Positions 11,274 to 23,070 of a stretch of 35,834 nucleotides of DNA are shown here, in pieces. Origin of the DNA: Dicyema japonicum (Eukaryota; Animalia; Dicyemida); the NCBI GenBank assembly GCA_011109175.1, contig RDEW01000110.1, positions 1 to 35,834 of the forward strand, given 5' to 3'. The notes beneath the pieces were generated by a model. That model made no database searches and had not been told where the DNA came from. It saw only the letters and a list, made by a program, of their open reading frames with translations. How positions within the stretch are numbered: the stretch's first letter is position 1; the number at the start of each line of letters is the position of its first letter. The position numbers and the translations under genes were made by a program.

Positions 11274-12159
11274 CTGCATTTTTGATAAAGTTAACAAAAT
11301 GTCTTCTATTACATAATGTATGGTTGGAGATTTCATGTAGGACACAAATTATAAGCCACCTGAGTGTGACCTAGTCGATATTTAATTACAAGAATATGAT
11401 TTAGCCGACATTCAAGTCAAGATTTTATCCGACATTCAATTATAATTTATTTTTTAGAGCTAATTTTCGATTTCTTCTAGCTCAGAAACTATTTCATGAT
11501 AGTCCTATACACTGCCTAAATATTCAAGAGACCGTTTCATCATTGCCCTTTAAATTGTTTGTGTCCCAAAGAGTATTTTCAACATCTTGTAGGTCGGATA
11601 TTCAAATAAGTGTGTCTTCTCTCAAATTGAAAACGCATTTCCCCACGATTCGTATGGTTTCTCTCTTGTCAATCTCCTTTCCTGCTCACAATAAGCGAAT
11701 CACTAAAAATTCAAATTAACGAATCAATATTCATTCACGAGATTTTTTAGTTTACATGGTCTACTCTCTAAAAATTGCGTTGTGTATTTACAATGAGTGC
11801 GTTCTTAGAAAATAATAAGTTGTTGTGTCATTGCTACCCCCAGACAGGACACACTTTATTTTAAGCAAAGAACAATTATCATAACTAATCGACGAGGGAG
11901 AACCAAGGAATGCCTTGTTCTTTTTGATGGGTGTGAATCATTTTGTAGACGATCCGGTTCCGCAGTGAAATGTTAGCTGATGACGGCACTCGTTAAACTG
12001 CGACACTCGGTCATCACTAATTTATGTCTTCTAATCATTTCCTTATATGAATCACTTGCTATTTGATTTATTACCAAAATTTTAACTATAAACAAAAATC
12101 ACCGATTAATTAAAAAAACGAGGTCACTGTCATAAATATCTCAAACAAGGTTGATAATG

Positions 12160-12340
12160 ATCGCGAACAATGATTTAGTGGAGAGTTTATTTTTGTACCA
12201 GTCGTCATGGAAACATCAGGACTCATAGGAAACAGATCACTTACTCTACTGAACCGTATCGGATCGCTTATGGCAATGAGAAAAGACTTAATGAGCGCAT
12301 TTCCTTCAGATCACCAAATCCCCATTAAACTCGCATTTGC
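12160..12340 (+). mobile_element. Old 3' fragment of an RLE-type non-LTR retroposon
   Basis: FIFVPVVMETSGLIGNRSLTLLNRIGSLMA aligns with YRFTPVATESSEAVGPMTAEFLQELGGLLA of the 14254 element. Confidence 0.5.
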
Positions 12341-12450
12341 TGAAGATACTTTTAATGTCGAAAATGGAATTTTTGAGAATCTTTGCGTGAATGAGTAAAA
12401 GACTCCATTCGAGTGTTCAATAAATTTTCAGTTTTTTAAATTTGAAAAAT

Positions 12451-13029
12451 TTAAAAATTCAAAAAATCTAGTTCTCTAATAATTGGAGCTTCTATTCTGA
12501 GTTTCTTTCCATCCCACGTGGCCTTAGTTTGTCCATCATCGATTTGGTTGGGTAAATGAAGTCCAAGCCGTCTAGAATAAGTATATGACAGACTCAGCAT
12601 GTGTTCTAACATCAATAAAGCGACTTTTAACATCCAAGTTAATATCCGACATTTTAGCAGCAGTTAACTCCACCAAGATCTAACATTAGCGAATGCATCA
12701 CAATCATTCTCTCACAGCTACACGTGCTGTTGGATTTGTTACCCAGCTGCAAGTACATGTCTTCACTTCTCACATTTTGAGAATATATAATCTCATATCT
12801 ACCATATTACTTCTAATCACTTCGGTTCGAGTCTCCCATCCTCAATGAATGAATCATCACATACAGGGACCTCGTCCAATTGCCAGATATCTTTGGATTC
12901 TGTTATTGCCTCTCTTCCAATATTGGCTGGAGTCATCTTCGGTCCACTATCCCACAATTCCTCATCGCCCGAAGACTCCTTAGTTTCCAGCAATTTTCTT
13001 AATAGATTGATTGAGTCACCAAATTCCAT
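12451..13029 (-). CDS. PIH1D3: Dynein axonemal assembly factor PIH1D3/DNAAF6, 4 exons, 170 aa
   Basis: DGRLEPK|YEIIYSQNVRSEDMYLQLGNKSNSTCSCERMI|ILVEL...INLDVKSRFIDVRTHAE|RLGLHLP...KATWDGKKLRIEAPIIRELDFLNF*. Three introns, each 22 nt. Confidence 0.9.
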
Positions 13030-13189
13030 TGTTATTGCTATGGAAATAAGCTACATTAAAAAACTTGATATTAAAATAATTAATTATATTAAAAATTTGA
13101 AAAATTAACTCTTGCAAAAAAATAAAAATAATAAAGATAAAGTCGTTATAATGAGGTCTCCACTATGGCATATAGGTATTGAGCACCCA

Positions 13190-13555
13190 ATGTGAGTTAC
13201 CCCTCATCATCGATCCTAATGTTCTGGAAGAGCCATTGCGTCATTTTAGGTTCACCCTTCCGTAGTCTTGCAAGCCGCCTAATTAACCTGATAAACTCAG
13301 ACACGCTCAGGCTAATAACGCTGAACATATTAACGGGGGTCGACTTGAAAGCGAACCGGTTCCCAATTCTGCGGTACTTTCTCCATTGTAAATTTTCGTC
13401 AGTGCTTGTTGCGGTACCGACGCGCAATGATGACTAGAGTAAATTCGATTAGAGGAAGTGTCCGTGCGTGTTAATTACCAAGCAAGACACCTTCCTTGAT
13501 TTATGGTATGGTCGTTATTCTATCAGGCTTCTTGCTATACAAGACCTTCGGGTTT
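13190..13555 (-). mobile_element. Decayed 3' fragment of an RLE-type non-LTR retroposon
   Basis: LKPEGL, KKPDRITTIP, GRCLAW*LTRTDT, ENLQWRKYRRIGNRFAF, EFIRLIRRLARLRKGEPKMTQWLFQNIRI are collinear with the 14254 element. Confidence 0.65.
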
Positions 13556-14253
13556 CAGAAAGTTAGTAAATCCGATATATTAAAAAAATATTTTTAAGAG
13601 ACCCTCCAATAACATTGGAATTTTAATATTTATTTTCATTCCATTAGCAAATAATTAAACGCTTCCAGTCTCCACGATCGCATTTCTGACAGACCTAGTC
13701 CTTTCAAGCAAACACAAGTTTATCCAATCCACAGATACGGAAACCTTCTATAAATTATCCAATGGAGTAGAGAAGAGAAAATGAGCCTTTTTGATGACGT
13801 CATGACACTGGATGTCATCTGATGTTATGACATCATCTAAACTGACCGTAGAAAGAAAAGGACCAAACATTAGAAAAGAATCATCGTCCTAGTAACGAGT
13901 GGGGAGATTTGATTTTAAAAACTATTGTTGCATGTGTTATTCGTCATTATTTATTAAACAGCCGCCGGGAAAAGGATGAGTGAATTAACATAACCTAAAT
14001 TCGGAGTAGCACGCGTTTTTTAGCATCAAATACATAAAAATCCGCAGTTTTGGAATTCCTTCATTGTAGTATTTAAGAGAATCCTAGTGGATGGCAGTCA
14101 AACACTGAAAGTATACTGAGACAAGTGGATCACATCTGGTCATTTAAGATTAGATGAAAGCAAAAAACAATAAAAAATTATTTGTCAAAAATTAACGAAT
14201 AAGAAATATAAAGCGATTAAAAAAAACAAATTTATTTTTTTAAATAATTTATA

Positions 14254-14812
14254 CCGCTGTCCTGCAGAAGAAGCGCCGGAAGGGGACCACGTCATGCTGC
14301 TCTGAACGATACGATCGTCAGAGCTCTGAAGGCTTCAGGCTTCCCAGCACAGCTTGAACCAGTGGGTCTTGATCGAGGAGATGGGAAGAGACCTGACGGG
14401 ATGACCCTTTTCCCCTTCACGTCTGGAAGATCTTTAGTCTGGGACGCAACTTGCATAGACACGTTCTCAAGCACGAACATTTTTAAATCTGTTCAGACAC
14501 CTGGAGCAGCTGCTTCGACCACGGAAAACCTAAAAATCAAGAAATATTCTTGCCTCGGGGATCGCTACCGATTTACTCCTGTTGCGACCGAATCATCGGA
14601 AGCCGTTGGTCCAATGACGGCTGAATTCTTGCAAGAACTCGGAGGATTGCTTGCCAGAAAGAAAAGGGATCAACGAGAAGGGTTATGGCTAAGACAAAAG
14701 ATCGGAATAGCCATACTCCGAGGGAACTCGTTCGCAATCCACGCAGCAGGCTTCCTCAACTGACATTTGTTTAATTGTTAAAAAAAATTTTTGTTTTTAA
14801 AAAAAAATAAAA
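14254..14812 (+). mobile_element. 5'-truncated RLE-type (HERO/NeSL-like) non-LTR retroposon; ORF 14254-14763 open for 169 codons
   Basis: LSCRRSAGRGPRHAALNDTIVRAL...LEPVGLDRGDGKRPDGMT...LVWDATCIDT...KIKKY...LRQKIGIAILRGN. A-rich tail; AAATAATTTATA repeated at 14242-14253 and 14813-14824 (candidate TSD). Confidence 0.85.
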
Positions 14813-14870
14813 AAATAATTTATATAAAAAATAAAATAATATTAATAATAAAATTTTAAGAGCCATTTAA

Positions 14871-17177
14871 ATGTTACACGATGTGTTGTATATGCTTATC
14901 GGTAATTTCGGCGACATGTTTGAAATGGAAAACGGACACTATCGTATAATTAAAGCAGTGGAGACACTCTTCAATGGAGAAGAGAACCAAATAAACTCAC
15001 TTTGTATAATTGGAGAGCTATTTCTGCGCGTGAAACAATTCATTATGTGTAATTCAAAGCATTCGGATCCAATCTGCCAAAGAGCCTTGGCAAATGGACT
15101 GGAATATCTTCTCAACGTTTATTCCAAAGAAATTATATATTTGGAAAAGCAGGGACTAAATGACGACCTGATAACTTTCAACCACGTGCTTACCAACATG
15201 AGACCGGTTTGAAATTTGAATATTTTATCTAAATTTGAAAAAAAACGAAAAAATAATTTATATTACATTATTATTTTTATTTATAGTATCAGTCATTATT
15301 GAGAAAAAGCATTATTATTATCGAAGAATTCGAAAAAATGTCTTTTTCCTGCTCTGTCTGCCGTTTTTTGGAGTATTTGAACATTCAGTGCAGAACCTCC
15401 TCTCCAAATTGCCGAAAATATATAATCAGGTACACTTCATTGTTGTATAGGCTCCTAAATAATGTTTATGTTGTTTTTCTTCGTCAACTTAGCACGTGGT
15501 TATTTCGTGGTGTTGCACCAACTAACTTTATTGTCGTTAATGTTAGAACTTTGTTTATATTAAAGAGTGATGACACGCATGAGCTTGATTTCCCTTCCAT
15601 TCCTGCTTCATATTTCCCTACAATAGCTGAAAATATTTTTTTTATTGGAAACTGTGTTGCTCGTCTTAAAGAAAAAGCCAACAATTATGGTACAGTTAAT
15701 TTTTGAACTTTAAATTAATGCGGGAAATTTTTGCGATTTAATGTGTGTATTTTTATTTTATTACTGTTAAAATAATTAATTATTTTATATAAAAATTATA
15801 TTTGAATGAAATTTTAAATTATTGCCAAAAGTTTGCTATCTTGTAGCGATACATTTATATTTCATAAATTTTAAATTATAGAGGGAAAATTTGGCTATTA
15901 GTCGTGTGCTATTTTTTATTTGCTATTTTTGTGACAGCTTTACCACTTAATTTAAACCTATTTAAATTTAGATCTACTACAAGATTTTAAATGTAGGTTC
16001 CATCCTGAATTGATGGAACTAAGCAAGTCAGATTACTGTATATCTACTCTTGGAGAGTTGCTTAGTAAATTGGCAGAATTTGTGTGCCAAATCGAATGGA
16101 ATAACTTTACAGCCACATGCGAGGTTGTTAAAGAGTTTTATATTCTCAAAAACTACTATCTATTTGGATATAATGAACTCTTCATTAATTTCATCCGGTC
16201 AGCCAAACATATTCTGGACTCTCCTCCCAGTCGAAACTCACATTATGACTTGAATGTGCTCTTTTGGCTGACTGGGGCCTCCATCTACTCTGATGAGAGC
16301 ATTACCGAAAGGTTTAGTTTTAAAGTGGGGGAAGGTCCAGACTGCTGGACTGGTATTGGACTAGAGTATTCTCTTCCAGATCATTTGAAGGATATAGTGA
16401 CTGAGAGTGATATTAGCAGGTTTACCTTAAAGAGTGAATTTAGTCTGCAAGCCATATTCAGCTTTTTACTTCAGCTTTGGCGTGCAAAACACAGATTGGA
16501 CTCCGCTTGGCTTGATTTAAATAGATTCGGCGGGCTTTTTCGGAGAACATTTTCGTTCGTTGTGTGGCAAATGAATTTCTTCGTCACATTTTTCCAGTAT
16601 TACATACAAGTCTGATTTTGACATGATATTAGTGTGATGTTATAGAAAGTGAGTTTGATCGTTTCATCAGTCACATTCAAGATGGGAGTTGCCGAGATAT
16701 GAGGACTCTGATTAGTCTTAAGGATGCCTTCATTGCGAGCGTTCTTAGAGACACCTTCTTTTATAATAGGACGGTTGTTTTATTTAAATTGTTAAAATTT
16801 AATTTAAACATCTTTGTAAAAAAATAATTAAAAAAATAATAAAATATATAAATTATTTTTGTCGATTTTTAATTTTTTAGACTCGTAAGAAGCTATCGGA
16901 TATTTTTCAGCTTTGCCTTGATGTGTCGGAAATGGTTAGTTTTGTTGTGGAGAAGGAAGAATGTCTGGATGTGGATAAACTGAAAAAGTTGGAAACTGTA
17001 TGTAGGCTTTGGTGATTTTAGATATTTTGTGAGGACGTGTCATTTATTTATACAGCTTTTGAGAAGGTTTGGAGTGGTTCTAGAAATGTTGGAAGGAAAT
17101 ACCTTCACGTTAATTTGGATTTTAATAGTTTTTATTCAAATATGGTTAAGAATATTAGTGTTAATAAATATATTTGA
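14871..17177 (+). CDS. TUBGCP4: Gamma-tubulin complex component 4
   Basis: MLHDVLYMLIG..., LRQLSTWLFRG, IAENIFFIG, LKNYYLFGYNELF, FFQYYIQ|CDVIESEF, LHVNLDFNSFY. Obligatory introns 15207-15286 (80), 15690-15971 (282), a 23-nt intron starting at 16610, 16774-16880 (107), 16998-17021 (24); probably three more in-frame 21-24-nt introns. Confidence 0.9.
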
Positions 17178-17289
17178 CTTTTTTATTGTTATTTTCTTAA
17201 ATAGGACTGTGTGGCAAGATATTTCCATTCACGATCACAATTTGTCCATTAGACCCTAGGTTATGCTCAGTCTAGTGGTGCCGTGTAAC

Positions 17290-17480
17290 GAGTATCCGGA
17301 AGAGGCCTGATGCCCCATAGTTCGAATCTCTCTGGTGTAAATTCCTGCTGAAGATTCCACCACCTACGATGCTTTGGCTTGACGAGTGACACAGTAATCA
17401 GTGAACATCTCTGCTGAACCGGTTCGTCTACAAATGGAATCACACCCAACAGAGAAAAAAAAATTAAGACCATTCCTTGG
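17290..17480 (-). mobile_element. Decayed Ty3/gypsy RT N-terminal fragment
   Basis: LGVIPFVDEPVQQRCSLITVSLVKPK resembles GVIEPVDEPTDWCSPIVVVPK. Confidence 0.4.
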
Positions 17481-17656
17481 TTCTCCTTCATCGATTAGTT
17501 ATCATAACTGTTCTTTAAGGTGTGAGTAATCAGTGAACATCTCTGCTGAACCGGTTCGTCTACAAATGGAATCACACCCAACAGAGAAAAAAAAATTAAG
17601 ACCATTCCTTGGTTCTCCTTCATCGATTAGTTATCATAACTGTTCTTTAAGGTGTG
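17393..17656. repeat. 132-bp tandem duplication
   Basis: agtaatcagtgaacatc...ggtgtg at 17393 and 17525. Confidence 0.95.
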
Positions 17657-17794
17657 TCTCTGTCTGGGAGGAGCAATAGCTAATATGGTTCTTAGTAAAG
17701 TGCAGAATCCAGGTCATCGAAAATATTCTTGATTTTTTCTTCTTTTCTTTCTGCTTATAAGAACCGAGATTACCTTACCTTAAGTCTCAGGTCA

Positions 17795-18360
17795 GCTCTA
17801 TAAGAGCCGAGATTACCTTAAGTCTTTTTTCGATTCATATTACACTTCTGTTCAATTACCAACAGGATTGAACAATAGAGATGGGAGATGAAATAAATTC
17901 AGAAAAAATTTAATCTAAAGGAAAGAACAAAATTTGCTTATTTATCTGAGAGAATGTAACTAAGTGATCGCAGATCCAAAATGTGTAACAATCATCTAGC
18001 ATTGGTGTTCTCATTGACTCGTATTTTTGACTTTGTATATGGAGTTTTCTATATTTTCTAGTTTCATGAAAATGATTGGGTAAAATGAACTTTNAGCTCT
18101 ATAAGAGCCGAGATTACTTTAAGTCTTTTTTCGATTCATATTACACTTCTGTTCAATCACCAACAGGATTGAACAATAGAGATGGGAGATGAAATAAATT
18201 CAGAAAATTTTGATCTGAAGGAAAGAACAAGATCGCAGATCCAAAATGTGTAACAATCATCTAGCATTGGTGTTCTCATTGACTCGTATTTTTGACTTTG
18301 TATATGGAGTTTTCTATATTTTCTAGTTTCATGAAAATGATTGGGTAAAATGAACTTTGA
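17795..18360. repeat. ~270-300-bp duplication joined by a single n (18094)
   Basis: Near-identical copies; the second lacks ~35 bp. Confidence 0.9.
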
Positions 18361-18574
18361 AATTGAACATTAACAACACACTATTCCTTCAAGCTTCTAT
18401 TCCTCGATTTCTTTAATCTGAGGTATTTAAATGCCAATCTTCTTGATTTGTGTTGGAGGAGATTACGATATAACTTTTGCCAATAAAAAACCAATATTGC
18501 AACCTCTGGAAATCTTCAACAACGCAAGAAAATGAGTTCTCTGTCACTTTAGAATATTAGTCGAATAGAGCTAG

Positions 18575-19190
18575 NNNNNNNNNNNNNNNNNNNNNNNNNN
18601 NNNNNNNNNNNNNNNNNNNNNNNNNNNNNNNNNNNNNNNNNNNNNNNNNNNNNNNNNNNNNNNNNNNNNNNNNNNNNNNNNNNNNNNNNNNNNNNNNNNN
18701 NNNNNNNNNNNNNNNNNNNNNNNNNNNNNNNNNNNNNNNNNNNNNNNNNNNNNNNNNNNNNNNNNNNNNNNNNNNNNNNNNNNNNNNNNNNNNNNNNNNN
18801 NNNNNNNNNNNNNNNNNNNNNNNNNNNNNNNNNNNNNNNNNNNNNNNNNNNNNNNNNNNNNNNNNNNNNNNNNNNNNNNNNNNNNNNNNNNNNNNNNNNN
18901 NNNNNNNNNNNNNNNNNNNNNNNNNNNNNNNNNNNNNNNNNNNNNNNNNNNNNNNNNNNNNNNNNNNNNNNNNNNNNNNNNNNNNNNNNNNNNNNNNNNN
19001 NNNNNNNNNNNNNNNNNNNNNNNNNNNNNNNNNNNNNNNNNNNNNNNNNNNNNNNNNNNNNNNNNNNNNNNNNNNNNNNNNNNNNNNNNNNNNNNNNNNN
19101 NNNNNNNNNNNNNNNNNNNNNNNNNNNNNNNNNNNNNNNNNNNNNNNNNNNNNNNNNNNNNNNNNNNNNNNNNNNNNNNNNNNNNNNNNN
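18575..19190. other. Assembly gap (616 N)
   Basis: Run of n. Confidence 1.
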
Positions 19191-19633
19191 TCTCCAAACT
19201 TAGACTTGAACCCTTCCAAGAGAATAGCCCATCCACCTCTGGAGACACGGCCGAGTCTAGAGCGCGTACTTTCAATAACCGAGGAAGCCCATTGTTCTTG
19301 ACAATTAGCTGTTGAGGAAGACATTATTGCTCGTAAAACCGGAAATTTCGTGTTGTTTTGCTGAGGACGAATCCTAGAAGCATCCGCGTCCGAAATATGT
19401 CGGACAAGCTCGGCGGCCGTTCGATTTGGGTTTTATTTATTCAATTCGGTACAGAAGTCAGCATAATCCGATGAATTTAGATGGTTCTTATCAACAACAA
19501 CCAGCAAGGTGTTTTATTATTATTATTAATTTATTTTTTATTTAATTTATTTTTATGAGAATAATTAAAATCTTCTTACCTCAGACAAACGACTTGGACA
19601 AATGACAGTGGATATATTTATCAACCATAAAAA

Positions 19634-20071
19634 ATACCTTTCACTAAGAAACTGAAAATCTTGGGGATCACCTTCGACACACACGTGTCCTTTTTATCTC
19701 ACGTCGACACTGTCTCTGGAAGCTGCTCAAGAAAGCTAGGGATAATCAAAACTATTTTCGGTAACATTAAAACCTCTTTTCCAGCTTTGAAATTGTACTA
19801 ACAATTCATTGACCCATCTGTCAGCTATGCCTGTACGTCATGGGGAATCAATATGTCCTGGACGAACAAACATAGAATCCGGGACATTCAGGCCTTAACA
19901 GCCACTACAATTAGTAATCTTTGGAAACTAGAAAAACTAATACCCTCATCACTTGAAGACCTTATCCGACAAAATGGAAAGAGATTTGCTACCCTGTGCA
20001 AGCAGTGCAACTCTCAACAATACACAGCCACGACGTGTCTTATGAGAAGGGTATACATTACCCCTCTCTGA
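19634..20071 (+). mobile_element. LINE RT C-terminal remnant (one in-frame stop); short second copy at ~21062-21117
   Basis: KLKILGITFDTHVSFLSHV...KLGIIK...LKLY*QFIDPSVSYACTSW is the typical post-RT LINE motif (KYLGITFD...LYK.FIRP.L.YA..W). Confidence 0.75.
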
Positions 20072-20941
20072 GATGTCCTGAAATCATGAGATCTGAAGCT
20101 AGAGAATATGAGTTACAAGGAATATGCTTTAAAATATTTATAAACAAAGATTCGAATCATTGCGACTCAATAAATTCTACAATAGTGATAAAGAAGTCTT
20201 CAGCACATATTAACGAATCTTATTACCGACTGTGTAGATTCAACTAAAGGAATTAAGCCAATTCACATTAACGGAAAAAAGGAACGGAAATGGGTTTATT
20301 TCGATAGTAGCAAATAAATTTAATGATAGATACTGAAATGAACTATTCTAATACCATCAATGAGAGTATTTTGGATCATTCGTTCAACTGTCTATGCATG
20401 GATCCGGCATTGAATTGGACGTGGAATAATTGTGACTGTATTTATGATCTTGCTACCAGATTTCAGAGTTTAAATCATGTGCGACAGGCTTTTGGTATGT
20501 CTAAACAGTTGATCTCTTATTTATGTCAAATGAGTACAAATTATTTCATAAAATATTAGACGTGTTGCCTGAAAGTGTGTGACCAGATGTGGATGAAACT
20601 GCACCAATTTTCTCACCGTAAAAGTTCAAGTTTTATTATAGACTCGAATCAACTACACACTCAAGTAAACCACAAAGAATGCCACCTTCCGATGAATTAA
20701 CTCAAACCGAGAAAAATTCATTTTGTTTTCATAATCATTAACACCTATTCTGCTAGTGTATGAGTTTGGTTTATGTTTAGAACTAAAAATGAGTCCAACA
20801 AAAAGGACTGCAAACGATGAACAGAACAACAATCATTAACTCTACGAGACTCTATTTTTGAGTCATGTCACTTAGATAAGGTAAGCTCTCTAATTTGGCA
20901 GATGTAACATTAAGACAAATTTGTTTTTTCTGATAAAACCT

Positions 20942-21240
20942 GCCAATTCTAAAGCAATCTGACAAGTATATTCATCAAAACGTTCGGGGAACAAAAAACT
21001 CTCAAAAATATAATAAACGCCAATGCAGAAAATAAAATCTATTGTGCCATATAGAGCTGTNCATTGAGCGATCTGTCAACTATGTCTGTACGTCATAAGG
21101 AATCAATCTGTCCTGGACCAATTCTAAAGCAATTTTTGAGAAGTACATTCATCAAAATTTTGGGGGAACAAAAAACTCTCAAAAATATAATAAACACCAA
21201 TGCAGAAAAGAAAATATAAGCTAATGTGCCATATAGAGCT
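20942..21240. repeat. Diverged ~120-bp direct repeat pair around the n at 21061
   Basis: ccaattctaaagcaat...gtgccatatagagct at ~20942 and ~21118, with several substitutions and indels. Confidence 0.8.
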
Positions 21241-22358
21241 ATCCATAAACCTAGTATTTGCTGGACAGTTCGATCAAATAGCTCTTAGGTTATAATTACC
21301 ACAGACTGATTGAGATAAGAATGATATATGCTATGTTTGGGAGTCATTCGGTAAAATGGATTTCTCTGTCCTTCAATATAGCGAGAATAAATATTTAGAA
21401 ATATCTGTTCTTTAAAGATTTTGATATAATCTCAATAATCATTAGAAATAATAAATATGTTCGTACAGATTTAGAAATAATCTCAATAACGCTTGGAATT
21501 TAGGTTTAACTTTTTTCTTATCCAACAAATATATTTTTTTTAATCATTTGCCAATTTATAATTCACAAAGTAATTAAGTGATCCTAAAGTTGATGTGAGT
21601 TCGTTTCTTTAGCTTTGAAAGTCAAATTCTAATAACAAATAGAAATCTTTATTTCTGTTCTTCTCAAGTAAACGGGGACATTGCGAAACACAAAGCTTTG
21701 AACTAAAAAACTTCTGACAAATCAAAGCATCTCTGATTAAAAAACTATGCACTGACTTTACTGTTAACGAAACCGTGATTGTTTTCAAGGTATCTCTTTG
21801 GTCAGGCATGAGACAGTAGATCTTCTAGGTCTTCTGTACATTCCAATTTCTTTCCAATCCTATTAGATACTTGTGGGCCACAAGAGAGTTACCCTCGTTC
21901 TTCTTCTAAAGTGGGTCTGTTCTCAATCCGCAGTACGTGACTTAAGAGTGTCAAATTCCATTAAATGATTTCTATGTTCAATGGTGGTGATTTGGTTGCG
22001 CGATATATTCTTTTATAATTTTACTTTGGTCACTCTAATTCTGTTATAATGCCTTCTGACCCAAGATTCAAAGAACTTGGGGGATAATGTCGCTGAAAAT
22101 AGGATAATATGATTTATGCAAGTTTAAGGATTTAGGAATACAGATGTATACTTCAACATAGATTTACGAGTGCCCTATGATCTCAAAATTCTTGCGGATA
22201 ACAATCAGGAGTTACGTCAGGTTTTTTTAATTAAAGTCACACTTTATAGTTTGACCAACTCGTTTATGTTAAGACTCTCTTTGGTTACGGTCATATTGAA
22301 GACTAGACACGTGGTAATATTATCTAAGTAGACATGTCTTCCTTCCACACAATTATTC

Positions 22359-22683
22359 NNNNNNNNNNNNNNNNNNNNNNNNNNNNNNNNNNNNNNNNNN
22401 NNNNNNNNNNNNNNNNNNNNNNNNNNNNNNNNNNNNNNNNNNNNNNNNNNNNNNNNNNNNNNNNNNNNNNNNNNNNNNNNNNNNNNNNNNNNNNNNNNNN
22501 NNNNNNNNNNNNNNNNNNNNNNNNNNNNNNNNNNNNNNNNNNNNNNNNNNNNNNNNNNNNNNNNNNNNNNNNNNNNNNNNNNNNNNNNNNNNNNNNNNNN
22601 NNNNNNNNNNNNNNNNNNNNNNNNNNNNNNNNNNNNNNNNNNNNNNNNNNNNNNNNNNNNNNNNNNNNNNNNNNNNNNNNNNN
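22359..22683. other. Assembly gap (325 N)
   Basis: Run of n. Confidence 1.
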
Positions 22684-22889
22684 ACAAATACTGTGAGTCA
22701 AGATGTGCATGAAAGTACAGAAATAACCTCTACGTGAAAGCATGTATATTATAGACTTAATCAACCAATAAAAAAACTACTGCCACACCAACAACGTAAA
22801 GGTATTCTCTCTTCAGTTTCTGGCTCCACAGGCGTTAGTTCCAGAGGTATTCGCTTTGTACTCTGTGGTTATCCGGTTTTCATTCTACA

Positions 22890-23070
22890 TTCCCCGGTTC
22901 TACAGATATGTCCACCAGTTTACGCTGAGTGTTACGGAAAAATTTCTGGGCGCAATCGCCTCCTCAATATTCTTTGTGTATTCAATAAACAGAGACACCA
23001 AAGTGCTAACATCCAAGGAACTGAACAATTTTCTCCGAGTAATGGAGGCCAACCCTGGTCTTCGTGTCTC
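22890..23070 (-). mobile_element. Possible decayed Ty3/gypsy RT C-terminal fragment
   Basis: EKIVQFLGC, then EEAIAPRN...VNWW in another frame (like VEFLGH...EAI..AP.P...VNYY); weak. Confidence 0.3.

Larger units (their letters stand above)
10324..11406 (+). repeat. Dispersed ~1-kb block carrying the snoRNA; inverted partner at ~24992-25973
   Basis: Collinear matches: 10641-10673 vs 25699-25731 (28/33), 10981-11000 vs 25267-25286 (19/20), a 50-nt identical core, and cctagtcgatat / aagaata.gatttag downstream. The middle (~10780-10980) does not align. Ends approximate. Confidence 0.75.

Noticed and set aside
11479-11547. Second C/D-like pattern on the minus strand (ATGATGA...CTGA)
   Set aside because: Only a 3-bp stem, at most 7-nt rRNA complementarity, and not conserved in the duplicated block; such 7-mers are expected by chance.
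11977-12016. Hammerhead-like CTGATGA start with a TGATGAC/GTCATCA stem
   Set aside because: The catalytic GAAA is TAAA, and stems I-III cannot be formed.
13791-13845. TTGATGA...CTGA with an internal 8-bp hairpin (13811-13834)
   Set aside because: No terminal stem and no recognisable rRNA or snRNA guide.
2280-17656. CRISPR-like or satellite interpretation of the direct repeats
   Set aside because: Each is a two-copy duplication of unrelated local sequence, with no spacers or shared repeat unit.
18557-22764. Long ORF-track entries containing X runs
   Set aside because: They are open only because they span N gaps.
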